A stretch of DNA of 64,000 bases from the IMG/VR virus record IMGVR_UViG_3300031227_000023, positions 25,916 to 89,915 of that record, one strand, 5' to 3'. The notes under the pieces were generated by a model. The model saw only the letters and a list, made by a program, of their open reading frames with translations. It was not told where the DNA came from and searched no databases. The translations under genes and the position numbers were made by a program. This document shows positions 30,498 through 38,991 of the stretch, in pieces; within the stretch, counting starts at the first letter, position 1; each line of letters starts with the position of its first letter. The stretch is from a virus.

Positions 30498-31238
30498 TTA
30501 CTTTTCAGACAAATCAACAGGCCATGGCGTTCCACCACCATCGCCGGAACTCGAGCCCTGCCCACGTTCACCGGGTTCCGGTGATGCTGGCAAGGGGAAA
30601 TCAGAAGCCATCTTGGCCAGTGTGGTGCGGGCTTCACTGCCCTGCTTCTTCAAGCCTTCAACCACTCCGGTCAACTTGATCACCGAATCTTGAACCCCGG
30701 CAACCGGTTCCGCGTACCCGTCCAGGATGGCCTTCACCGCTTCCGGATCTTCCACGCCGAACAAAGCCTTGCGCAACGCCTTCTGCACGGCTTCATCTGA
30801 TCCGATGAACTGCGCCAACAGCTTTCCGCTGAACGCACCCGTTTCCAATTGTTCCTGCAATTTGTCAATCCGTTGGCCGATCACGGCCACACCATCTTCA
30901 CTGCCGGTGGGACTATCACCGCTATCATCAACAGGCGCAGCACCAACCAACAGCTTGACCACTTCAGCCAATCCTGCGGGCACCGCATCCTGCTTGTTCA
31001 AATCCTGCATGTCTTCCAACACGACGGTCAGTTTCTCAAGGGCATCCTGCACCCTGTTCACAGCCTTGTCTTCAAACCCACCATCAGCCTTGGCAATCAG
31101 CCATGCCGTTTCACCGTTTGCACCACGCGGCACAAAGCTGATTTCATCCACACCCAAGCCAACCAATTCCGTGATGTCGTTTGGGTCTTTCCGGGTGGGG
31201 ATTCCGGCCTTTGCAATCTTCTGCTTTTTCTTGGGCAT
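30498..31238 (-). CDS. Scaffold-like protein carrying the C-terminal prohead-protease strand (EISFV..GAN)
   Basis: Likely start MPKKKQ at 31238; ITELVGLGVDEISFVPRGAN..LIAK followed by coiled coil; ends WPVDLS. Confidence 0.65.
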   Translation of the reverse strand: MPKKKQKIAKAGIPTRKDPNDITELVGLGVDEISFVPRGANGETAWLIAKADGGFEDKAVNRVQDALEKLTVVLEDMQDLNKQDAVPAGLAEVVKLLVGAAPVDDSGDSPTGSEDGVAVIGQRIDKLQEQLETGAFSGKLLAQFIGSDEAVQKALRKALFGVEDPEAVKAILDGYAEPVAGVQDSVIKLTGVVEGLKKQGSEARTTLAKMASDFPLPASPEPGERGQGSSSGDGGGTPWPVDLSEK

Positions 31239-31248
31239 CGTTTTGTTC

Positions 31249-33870
31249 CTATTCCACAGGCACCCGGTACGAAGTGCCACCAATGCTGAAAGCGTTCAGA
31301 TGTCCATCATCAATAAGTTCCCACAAAGTGCCATCAACTTCAGCCCGAACCAACCAAGTACCTGCCTTGATCGTTCTGCCTGCAATTTCCAAGTCAGTTG
31401 GTGCCAAGTAGCTTTCAAGCACTTGCGCTTCACCAACCGCCCGGCCCTCATGGTAAACTTTAAAATGTCTGTAATCCCGCAGCCAGTTCCAAGCAGCACG
31501 CTGAATTTCTTCTGCACTGACCACATCACCCTGCCTGTCAGGGTCTACTTCATCACCATCACCCCCGTTGTTGGGGATCATGACAACGCCAAGCACATGG
31601 TGCCGGTCATCTGCAATGCCATCAGCTTTGCTCAAATGAACGTTCAACTGATTGCTGTCTGCAACTGGATTGGGCTTGTCAAGGATCGGTGCTACAGATC
31701 CACTGTAAGGGCACCCATTTTCAGTGTCAACATTTCCACGCCCAAATCCCAAACCTTTTGCAACCGCTTCCACCCGTTCATACTGCCCACCCACCATCAA
31801 AAGGTTTTCGTTTTGGAACCATCCGGCCTTCACCAAACCATCACGCATCCCACGCGCCGCTTCACCACCGGCCTGCCAATACCGCAAATGTTCAGGCACA
31901 CACTTTTCCAACGCTTCAGGCAGCCAACTGATTCCATCGGGCGGCATCAGACCCTTGGCCACAGCACGATCAGACAGCACAGCAGGCAACAGCTTGCCAC
32001 GGAAGCACTGCCACCCTTCATCACCCTTCCAAGTGAACACCAACCGGCCACCCGCATCACCTTCCAAAAAGTATTCATGGAATCCTTCACGCTGCACGCC
32101 GAATTCAACAGCCACGTCTGCAAGATCCACTGACTTGTCAACCGCTTCCGGTATGACCTGCACCGCTGCTGATCGGTGTGACTTGAACAGCCCGGTTGGC
32201 AGCACGCTGCTTTCCCATCCATCTTCAACCTTGCCAGCCGGAACAGCCCACCCGATCTGATCAACACCCACTGTGGTGGTGAAACCATAGAACAAATCTT
32301 TGCCAATCGCATGCACCACCACCTTTCCGGGCTTGGCACCAAACGGCACGCGCATAAATGCGTCATGGTCTTTGGCAACGCTATGAACCGCAGCCTGCAC
32401 CGCAGGCGTCAACACCAAATCGTATGCACCACGCACAAGCCCGGCCCTGTCTTCCCCACCACCAACGGCAGCCGGAAGTTCATGGTGATCCTTCAGCAGC
32501 CGGGCAAGGGCATCAGCCGCAGGCCGGGTGAACCCGTCACCCTTGACCACGAACAGCAACCCATCATCATCAGCTTCGATCTGTACGGCATTGGGCTGAA
32601 CAAGAAACGCCCCATCCAACTTCACCTGCCCAAGATTATCCAACCCCTTCTGCACCTGCTGTGCAGCATCCTGTATTGCTTTTTCAACACCGGAAACGGC
32701 AGCCTTGCCAACCCTGGATTTTTGCCTGCCTGACAAGGAAAAAACGGCAGCCCGTTCATCGTGGCACTTGACACACGCGAACGGACCTAATCCAAACAAG
32801 GCTGCCGGTTCCACTGTGCCGGGATCATCCAAACCACCCGACTTCAGCAACCGGGAAACAACACGGTTCACATCATACGTTTCTGCAAATTCATCCACTG
32901 CTGCTGCAAGCCCATCACCATACTTGCGCACGGCAACCACAGCACGTGCCCGATCAGCCGCACCGGAACTGACCAACCCTGTGTCAATGGCACGGATGCT
33001 TGCACTGCCATCGGGGGAATCAAAATCAAGCGTGCCCAACCCATCATCCACATAATAATCATCGGGTGGAACGCCCAACCGGCTAATCTGCCGAATCACC
33101 GCCACGGCATCACCATCACCGCGAACCCGCAGCACATCACCGGCAATACTCTTGACATCAAAGCCCTGTTCAATCAGCAAATCGTAAACTTCGTTTGGAT
33201 CAACCCGCAACGTGGTTGTGATGTAAACAGATTTGCCGTCTTCCCCCGGCATAATCATGGAAACATCAGACAACGGAAGTTCACCCGCTTCAAGCCCTGA
33301 ACTATCCTGCAACCCACGGATTTGTTCAGCCTTCCACCGGGCTTCCCGCACGGCATTGCGGGCTTGATCAATCTCCTTCGGTCCACCTGTTCGATCCGCA
33401 CGCCTGACAAGCTGCGCTGCATTTGACAACTGCCGCTGCGCCTGCGCCAAATCTTCGTTGGTGTGCTTGGTATCACCCGGCACGAACCGGTCGGTGATGG
33501 AAGGCATTTCTTCACTCAGGAACTTCACGCGATTTTCCAACGCAACCTGCGTTTGTACCATCCGGCTGTGCTTATCATGCGCCCGATCATCAACAGACTT
33601 GGCTTGGCGAAACTCTGCCCATGCAGAATCATACACGGCAGCGTCAACCCCGTTCGGCACTGCACGCATTTTCTCTTCTGCTTGTTGCCGCAACGCTGTA
33701 GTTTGCCGCACTTCGCCCTGCTGATCACGGACCTTGTTGCCGTATTCACGAACATCAGCCTGCTTGGGGTTGGGATTGCCAAGCGGGCCAAGGAACCTGC
33801 CCCATTCATCACGTTCACTGTAATAAGCTGGATCAGATTTCTTGACTATATGCTTGGCCATTGTTCCCAT
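31249..33870 (-). CDS. Large head protein with C-terminal XkdF-like prohead protease domain
   Basis: GVVMIP..DRQGDVVSAEEIQRAA..H..ESYLAP..GTWLV..LWELIDDGHLNAFSIGG. Confidence 0.78.
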   Translation of the reverse strand: MGTMAKHIVKKSDPAYYSERDEWGRFLGPLGNPNPKQADVREYGNKVRDQQGEVRQTTALRQQAEEKMRAVPNGVDAAVYDSAWAEFRQAKSVDDRAHDKHSRMVQTQVALENRVKFLSEEMPSITDRFVPGDTKHTNEDLAQAQRQLSNAAQLVRRADRTGGPKEIDQARNAVREARWKAEQIRGLQDSSGLEAGELPLSDVSMIMPGEDGKSVYITTTLRVDPNEVYDLLIEQGFDVKSIAGDVLRVRGDGDAVAVIRQISRLGVPPDDYYVDDGLGTLDFDSPDGSASIRAIDTGLVSSGAADRARAVVAVRKYGDGLAAAVDEFAETYDVNRVVSRLLKSGGLDDPGTVEPAALFGLGPFACVKCHDERAAVFSLSGRQKSRVGKAAVSGVEKAIQDAAQQVQKGLDNLGQVKLDGAFLVQPNAVQIEADDDGLLFVVKGDGFTRPAADALARLLKDHHELPAAVGGGEDRAGLVRGAYDLVLTPAVQAAVHSVAKDHDAFMRVPFGAKPGKVVVHAIGKDLFYGFTTTVGVDQIGWAVPAGKVEDGWESSVLPTGLFKSHRSAAVQVIPEAVDKSVDLADVAVEFGVQREGFHEYFLEGDAGGRLVFTWKGDEGWQCFRGKLLPAVLSDRAVAKGLMPPDGISWLPEALEKCVPEHLRYWQAGGEAARGMRDGLVKAGWFQNENLLMVGGQYERVEAVAKGLGFGRGNVDTENGCPYSGSVAPILDKPNPVADSNQLNVHLSKADGIADDRHHVLGVVMIPNNGGDGDEVDPDRQGDVVSAEEIQRAAWNWLRDYRHFKVYHEGRAVGEAQVLESYLAPTDLEIAGRTIKAGTWLVRAEVDGTLWELIDDGHLNAFSIGGTSYRVPVE

Positions 33871-33912
33871 CCCACTGTTGGTTCAATTCATCCCCCGGCT
33901 TGCAGGCTGCAA

Positions 33913-34608
33913 TCAGTCCTTCTTGACCGGTTCCGGGGTGGAAAGATCACCGGACCAATCCGTGGTGTCACTCTTTTCCACGCCTTCCTTGGCGGGTTCA
34001 CCACCCGCGCCGGTGTCCGTGGCGGGATCGGTGGTGGCCGGATCGGTGGTGGAATTGGCCGGGTCAGTGGTGCCTTCCTTTTCCAAGGCATCCATACGCT
34101 TCTTCAACTCCGCGTTTTCCGCGTGCAGCTTGGCCACTTCAGCACTGTCGCCCGGTGCAGCGTACTGATCGGCCAACGCCATGGCAGCCTTGGCAAACTC
34201 ACCCAGTGCAGACGCGGCTGATTCATCAACCTTGCCCACTTCGGTGACATGCGCGGAAATCCGCATGGCGGTTTCACCCAAGCCCATCAGCATGCCTTCC
34301 ACGGTGGCATCCTTGCGGATCACATCATGCTGCTTGGCCACGGCACCCGCCATCACGGCAGTGGCCTTCAGCACCGGCAGCATGTCTTCAGGCATCTTGC
34401 CGTCTTCACCAATCTTGCCGATCAGATCGGCAGCCGATTTGGCCACGAACGCGGTCTGCTGCATGGTGTCCGAACCTTCCAGCCCGGCATCTTTCAGCAA
34501 CGCGGTTGCTGTTTCGCTGAATTCTGTGGCCAGTTCCGGGGTGATCGTGGCACCATCCACCTTCAGGGCTTCACCGACTTTGGCCATTTTTTCGAGCAAG
34601 AGTTTCAT
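33913..34608 (-). CDS. Scaffold-like coiled-coil protein
   Basis: Ala/Glu/Lys-rich; TTDPA repeats; ends WSGDLS like the 30498 ORF. Confidence 0.6.
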   Translation of the reverse strand: MKLLLEKMAKVGEALKVDGATITPELATEFSETATALLKDAGLEGSDTMQQTAFVAKSAADLIGKIGEDGKMPEDMLPVLKATAVMAGAVAKQHDVIRKDATVEGMLMGLGETAMRISAHVTEVGKVDESAASALGEFAKAAMALADQYAAPGDSAEVAKLHAENAELKKRMDALEKEGTTDPANSTTDPATTDPATDTGAGGEPAKEGVEKSDTTDWSGDLSTPEPVKKD

Positions 34609-34610
34609 GA

Positions 34611-34991
34611 TTATTCCCTTTCATCGTTATCCAAAAAGCCATCAGGCATCATTTCAGCTTGCCCTTTTTCCCCTGCCCACATTCTATCGCGGACGGGTTC
34701 AAATGGCTTGCCATCTAATTCACTTTGCAACGCCTTTGGTAAATTGTCTATTATTCTACGCACGGACCACCCGTGATCACCGCGCAGCTTTTCAAACACA
34801 TCAGTGCAAATCCGCACCCGATTCTTCACGTGCACCCCGTTGTCATTGCACACGATCCGTGGGGGGTTCGTCCTGAATGACTGCGACACCGCAACAATAA
34901 AACCCCTGGAAACCAACGCCACCTGCTTCTGATCTTCCAGCTTGAATTTCTGAACCAACGCATTAACAAATTCCATCCCTTGACTTCCCAT
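34611..34991 (-). CDS. Hypothetical protein
   Basis: Likely start MGSQGM at 34991 after a GGAAAG RBS. Confidence 0.6.
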   Translation of the reverse strand: MGSQGMEFVNALVQKFKLEDQKQVALVSRGFIVAVSQSFRTNPPRIVCNDNGVHVKNRVRICTDVFEKLRGDHGWSVRRIIDNLPKALQSELDGKPFEPVRDRMWAGEKGQAEMMPDGFLDNDERE

Positions 34992-35016
34992 TGATCTTTC
35001 CTTTTTCCAGCTTTGA

Positions 35017-35376
35017 TTATTCGACCCGTTCGAAATCCCACCCAAGTTCATCTTCAAGAATTGCAGGATGCACGCCAACCCCGTAGTACTCCATGTACCA
35101 CCCATTGGTCACAACCACAAGATGCGCCAACGATGCAGCAACCACATCAGGATCTTCAACCATCGAAAATGGAACCTGATCTTGTGTGCCAATCGGTGGG
35201 TCTGCATCAATCACATCCTTCACCTGCACCGCAATCGTTTCCCCGCCTTCCACAATGACATCATCCCCTTCAACGTAGAAAAAGACAGCCGTGCTGCCAT
35301 CAATTTCAACCTGCCAATATTCACCCTGTGGCACCCCGCCTGAATGTTCCCTGAATTCAATCTTGACCTTTGCCAT
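35017..35376 (-). CDS. Small acidic protein, candidate immunity protein for the MuF toxin
   Basis: 119 aa, very acidic, starts 9 nt after the MuF stop. Confidence 0.45.
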   Translation of the reverse strand: MAKVKIEFREHSGGVPQGEYWQVEIDGSTAVFFYVEGDDVIVEGGETIAVQVKDVIDADPPIGTQDQVPFSMVEDPDVVAASLAHLVVVTNGWYMEYYGVGVHPAILEDELGWDFERVE

Positions 35377-35385
35377 TGGTCTTCC

Positions 35386-38300
35386 TTACTTGTACGCGCC
35401 GGTGTTAATTGATCCCAGCACACGCGTGAAATGGTCAACGTCTTGCATCACCTTCCCCGCAGACTTCCCATCAAAATATTCCATGCCCATGGATGTCACT
35501 TCTGTTGCATCCAAATCCTTCACGCTTCCACCACGTGGCGTTTTCACAGTCCCTTCCCTGTAATACAACCTACCAACATAGTGGTCTGTGAATTCAGGAT
35601 TACCCCGTTCGACTTTCACAACAATTTCATTCAACTTATATGCTTTGTTTCTTGTCAAATAACGCAGCGGGGTTTCCCCTCCTACAAATCCATCAGCATC
35701 TACTTTGGCGCGCTGCCACAGGAACCACTGCCCATTCTTCAGTGAATCAGAATTGAGTTCATCAAAATGATGTCCATATTCGTGCAGGAACTTGCGCCGT
35801 ACTTCTTCCTTTGACCACTCCGCATATTTCCGAACACGCACGTTTTTTGTTCCAATTGAAATAAACGCACGTTCATCAACCCCCTGGCTTGCTATTGATT
35901 TTGCAGACTCATAGAACGCCCCGCTTTTTGTTGGATCAACATCAACCCTGACAGCAGGCAACCGGCCACGAACAACACCACGACCGTACCGCGTCACATA
36001 ATCATAAATCGCACACCCTTCTTCAATCCCATCACGAACAGGCTTTGGAATTTTTGACCATTGTGCATAAGCCCCGGCATCATCCAAAAACTGTGCTTTG
36101 ATCCTGCCAAACAGCCGGGCTTGTTCAGGTATCGTTTCAACATACGCAAGGGATTTTTCTGCAATCTCACCAGCAACCTTGTGGTGCGCGACACTATCTA
36201 GTGCAAGAGTTCCGGAGGATTCCTTTCTAATCAAATCCTTCAATACCCACTCCCCACGCTTTCTGATCTGATCCACCCTGCCACTTTTCCTTGCCGACCC
36301 CCAACGCGCATCAACAGCCGGTGGCCTTGTACTTGACAACGGGCCAAGCACTTCATCACCACGCAAGCCTTCTTCAGGAACCAACTGCCATGGCTGTTCA
36401 TGCGGCTTCAACGGTGCAGGTACAGCAGGCTTGGGCACAGCAGCGGCAGTCCTGGCAGCAGCCGCACCCCCTGCCCATGGACCCAACCCACCGGGCACCG
36501 CAGTCTGTATGGCCTTCTGATTGTAAATAACAGTGGTCCTGCATAGCGGGTGGTACGGTGGCAAACTCATGCCCAAATCACGCATTTCCTTCACGGTGGA
36601 ATACTGCGAAGCATACTTGCCCGCATCCCATGTTCCCGCACCCGGCTTTGTGACAGTCATGATACTGTTGAACTGCCCCTGTTTATTCATCACCCCCCAG
36701 TCAGCACCCCGCCTGCGCACCCATGGCATTTCAAATTTAATATCTTCAGGATCAGCCAAGTTGTCAGTTGACGTTTGGTGTTCATGCGCAACCTCAACAT
36801 CTATTACTTTACCATGGATGTACCGGCAATTATGAACAACAACCCCTTCTGCAATGTATGTTGGGTCATCTTCCACTTCAAGGTTGTACACGTAACATGC
36901 ACGCCGCACCTTGCGAACGGCAACAACCTTTTCTAGCCTAGTGCCCCTGCAATACTCTTCAACACTACGTTCTCCGGATTCCCTTGATTCAATTGCTCGC
37001 CCGTAATCCTGATCAGTTTCCACCCCATGCCTGCAATTGCTTGTTCTTTTCTTTCCGTCGCATCCTCCCTGAACCCTTCCCTGTGCCAATACTCCCCGTC
37101 CACCTCGATTGCGAGACCGTGCTCCGGTAGAAAGAAATCTACATTGAATCGGTCGACGGGCTTCTCTAGCTCGTAATTGATTCGATTCTTTTCCAACACT
37201 TCCGCAACGATTTCTTCCAACCCCGTTGCCCCCTTCCCAATCAAAAGGCATCTGCGCGAACAATGCTGCCTCTTGACCACTTCCGATTTCTTGATAACAA
37301 ACTTTTTCCCGCACTCCTCGCACGTTATCGTTTCCCTTTGATCCTTCCACCGGCATGCCCGTGAACACGTAGTGCGGGTTTTCCCGGAAAAAAATTCCAC
37401 TGGCTTTATTCTGAACTCCCCCCCACATACAACGCACCGCTTCACCAACAATGCCGGATTCAACCCCTTCCTTCCAGCTTCCACCCTGCACTGATCCGAA
37501 CAATGCTTCATCTGCCCCCGTTTCACATAACACTGCCTTGCCGTGAATGCCTTGCCGCACCATTGACAAACCATTTCCACATTGTTCATCCGATATTTGT
37601 TGTAACAATCCGTGCCGCAATACTGAGCCCTGTTCCCCACCGCTTGAAACGTCTTTCCGCAACCCTTGCATTTCTTCTCTATAGACAAGGCTGTCTCCTT
37701 TCCGCAATTCTCCAATAGGTCTCCATCCATCTGCGGTAAGGATACGATGTTTTTTTGTTGCAATCAAATGATTGCCGGACTGGAGTTGCACTTCAATCAA
37801 CTCTTCATCAACAAATCTTTTCGATACAGCCAACACGTGCCTCAACACCCCTGATCCCGTCACGACAACATCACCCGCATCAATGCTGTCTATACGTTTT
37901 TCCCCTAACTCTGTTTTTACTTTTGTTTCGCCAGAAAAACACCATTCTGTGGTTCGTTCATCCATCACCGCATAGGCAATTACCTCTGTAATGCCCGCTT
38001 CCATGAAGCCGTGCAACTGCGCCCGTGAACGGGAACGCGCAACCAAGTTGTGCGCCACCACCGTCCAATAATTCTTCATCTGCTGTTCATACCCGACACC
38101 AACCGCACTACGCAGGTTGTCCCCGATTTGGCCCGCACCCAACCCTTCACGCAAGCCCTGTTCAATGATCCCCCGTGACTTGTTGGCCATACTCATGGAC
38201 ACGCGCCCGGCCTGATTCCGTACATAAAAGTTCTGATCTTTGACCAACGCTTTGATGGCTTCAGTGTCCTGAAGGTTCAAGCGTGCAGATATCCCAAGGT

Positions 38301-38991
38301 CAGGGCCAATCTGCTTCTTCACTTCACCCATTACTTCACGTGCAGACGTTGACAGGCTGCTTGTAAATGATGCAGACACGGATGCCCACTTTGATGCCGG
38401 AACAAACACCGACACAGCAGACAATGCAGATTCACGCTGCGCCGCTGTCATCCCCTTCCAATTCCTGCCAAGCAGGCCAAGGATTCCACGAATATGCGCC
38501 TGCGTGGCAGGCTTTGACAGGTTGGCCAACTGCCTGCCCAAGCTGTTGGTAATTGCAAGATACCCTTCAGGCGTCAACGGGTTTGCGGCTTTCTCCAACC
38601 GGTACAACGCATGGGCAAGTTCATCACTGGCATCAATCGCGTTGATTGCACTCTGCAAGTTCCCGCAACACATTTCATGGTACTGCGCCACGTCTTCACA
38701 CAGCAGGCTGCCACCAATCACACCCTTCACCATGCACACCGTCACGGGGAACGCCCGTGCTTCACCAACAGCACTGTGCAAACGATCCTGCCCAACGCCT
38801 TCAGTGAACCTGCGCACCAACTGCCCCTGCCCATCAACCACTGCCATTCCGCTTGCCTGCGCAGTGATCCCGCCCACAATACCCTTGGCAATCAGTTCAT
38901 TTTGGAACCGGGCAGGAACAGACCCAACCACCCGCATCCCCTGCGCATCATGCTTGGCCAGCAAGTGCCCGCCAATCAGCACAGTTTTCAT
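35386..38991 (-). CDS. MuF (SPP1 gp7-like) head morphogenesis protein with intein and C-terminal HExxH metallopeptidase-like domain
   Basis: AVMDERTTEW|intein|CRYIHGK...PPYHPLCRTTV MuF motifs; C-terminal FLHEYGHHFD...TEVTSMGMEYF. Confidence 0.88.
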   Translation of the reverse strand: MKTVLIGGHLLAKHDAQGMRVVGSVPARFQNELIAKGIVGGITAQASGMAVVDGQGQLVRRFTEGVGQDRLHSAVGEARAFPVTVCMVKGVIGGSLLCEDVAQYHEMCCGNLQSAINAIDASDELAHALYRLEKAANPLTPEGYLAITNSLGRQLANLSKPATQAHIRGILGLLGRNWKGMTAAQRESALSAVSVFVPASKWASVSASFTSSLSTSAREVMGEVKKQIGPDLGISARLNLQDTEAIKALVKDQNFYVRNQAGRVSMSMANKSRGIIEQGLREGLGAGQIGDNLRSAVGVGYEQQMKNYWTVVAHNLVARSRSRAQLHGFMEAGITEVIAYAVMDERTTEWCFSGETKVKTELGEKRIDSIDAGDVVVTGSGVLRHVLAVSKRFVDEELIEVQLQSGNHLIATKKHRILTADGWRPIGELRKGDSLVYREEMQGLRKDVSSGGEQGSVLRHGLLQQISDEQCGNGLSMVRQGIHGKAVLCETGADEALFGSVQGGSWKEGVESGIVGEAVRCMWGGVQNKASGIFFRENPHYVFTGMPVEGSKGNDNVRGVREKVCYQEIGSGQEAALFAQMPFDWEGGNGVGRNRCGSVGKESNQLRAREARRPIQCRFLSTGARSRNRGGRGVLAQGRVQGGCDGKKRTSNCRHGVETDQDYGRAIESRESGERSVEEYCRGTRLEKVVAVRKVRRACYVYNLEVEDDPTYIAEGVVVHNCRYIHGKVIDVEVAHEHQTSTDNLADPEDIKFEMPWVRRRGADWGVMNKQGQFNSIMTVTKPGAGTWDAGKYASQYSTVKEMRDLGMSLPPYHPLCRTTVIYNQKAIQTAVPGGLGPWAGGAAAARTAAAVPKPAVPAPLKPHEQPWQLVPEEGLRGDEVLGPLSSTRPPAVDARWGSARKSGRVDQIRKRGEWVLKDLIRKESSGTLALDSVAHHKVAGEIAEKSLAYVETIPEQARLFGRIKAQFLDDAGAYAQWSKIPKPVRDGIEEGCAIYDYVTRYGRGVVRGRLPAVRVDVDPTKSGAFYESAKSIASQGVDERAFISIGTKNVRVRKYAEWSKEEVRRKFLHEYGHHFDELNSDSLKNGQWFLWQRAKVDADGFVGGETPLRYLTRNKAYKLNEIVVKVERGNPEFTDHYVGRLYYREGTVKTPRGGSVKDLDATEVTSMGMEYFDGKSAGKVMQDVDHFTRVLGSINTGAYK
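36933..37688 (-). CDS. Nested out-of-frame endonuclease: four Zn-ribbon repeats + DUF559/Vsr-like PD-(D/E)xK domain
   Basis: +1 frame within the intein; TTG start at 37688; CxxCGKxF...CSxxC x4; VDFFLPEHGLAIEVDGEYWH...GWKLIRI. Confidence 0.85.
   Translation of the reverse strand: MSIEKKCKGCGKTFQAVGNRAQYCGTDCYNKYRMNNVEMVCQWCGKAFTARQCYVKRGQMKHCSDQCRVEAGRKGLNPALLVKRCVVCGGEFRIKPVEFFSGKTRTTCSRACRWKDQRETITCEECGKKFVIKKSEVVKRQHCSRRCLLIGKGATGLEEIVAEVLEKNRINYELEKPVDRFNVDFFLPEHGLAIEVDGEYWHREGFREDATERKEQAIAGMGWKLIRITGEQLNQGNPENVVLKSIAGALG
37689..37700 (-). promoter_or_regulatory. Internal Shine-Dalgarno (AAGGAG) for the nested endonuclease
   Basis: Minus strand AAGGAG-acagcc-TTG, embedded in intein codons for RKGDSL. 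Confidence 0.7.

Larger units (their letters stand above)
36829..37941 (-). mobile_element. Intein (371 aa) in MuF
   Basis: Block A CFSGETKVKT; block B ATKKHRILTADGW; blocks F/G VYNLEVEDDPTYIAEGVVVHN followed by +1 Cys. Confidence 0.93.

Noticed and set aside
31238-31300. Programmed frameshift joining the XkdF domain to the scaffold ORF
   Set aside because: Would need a +1 shift; no slippery site seen and the downstream ORF has its own RBS and ATG
37689-37763. ORF-track start at 37763 for the nested nuclease
   Set aside because: No RBS there; TTG at 37688 has a strong Shine-Dalgarno and directly precedes the first zinc ribbon
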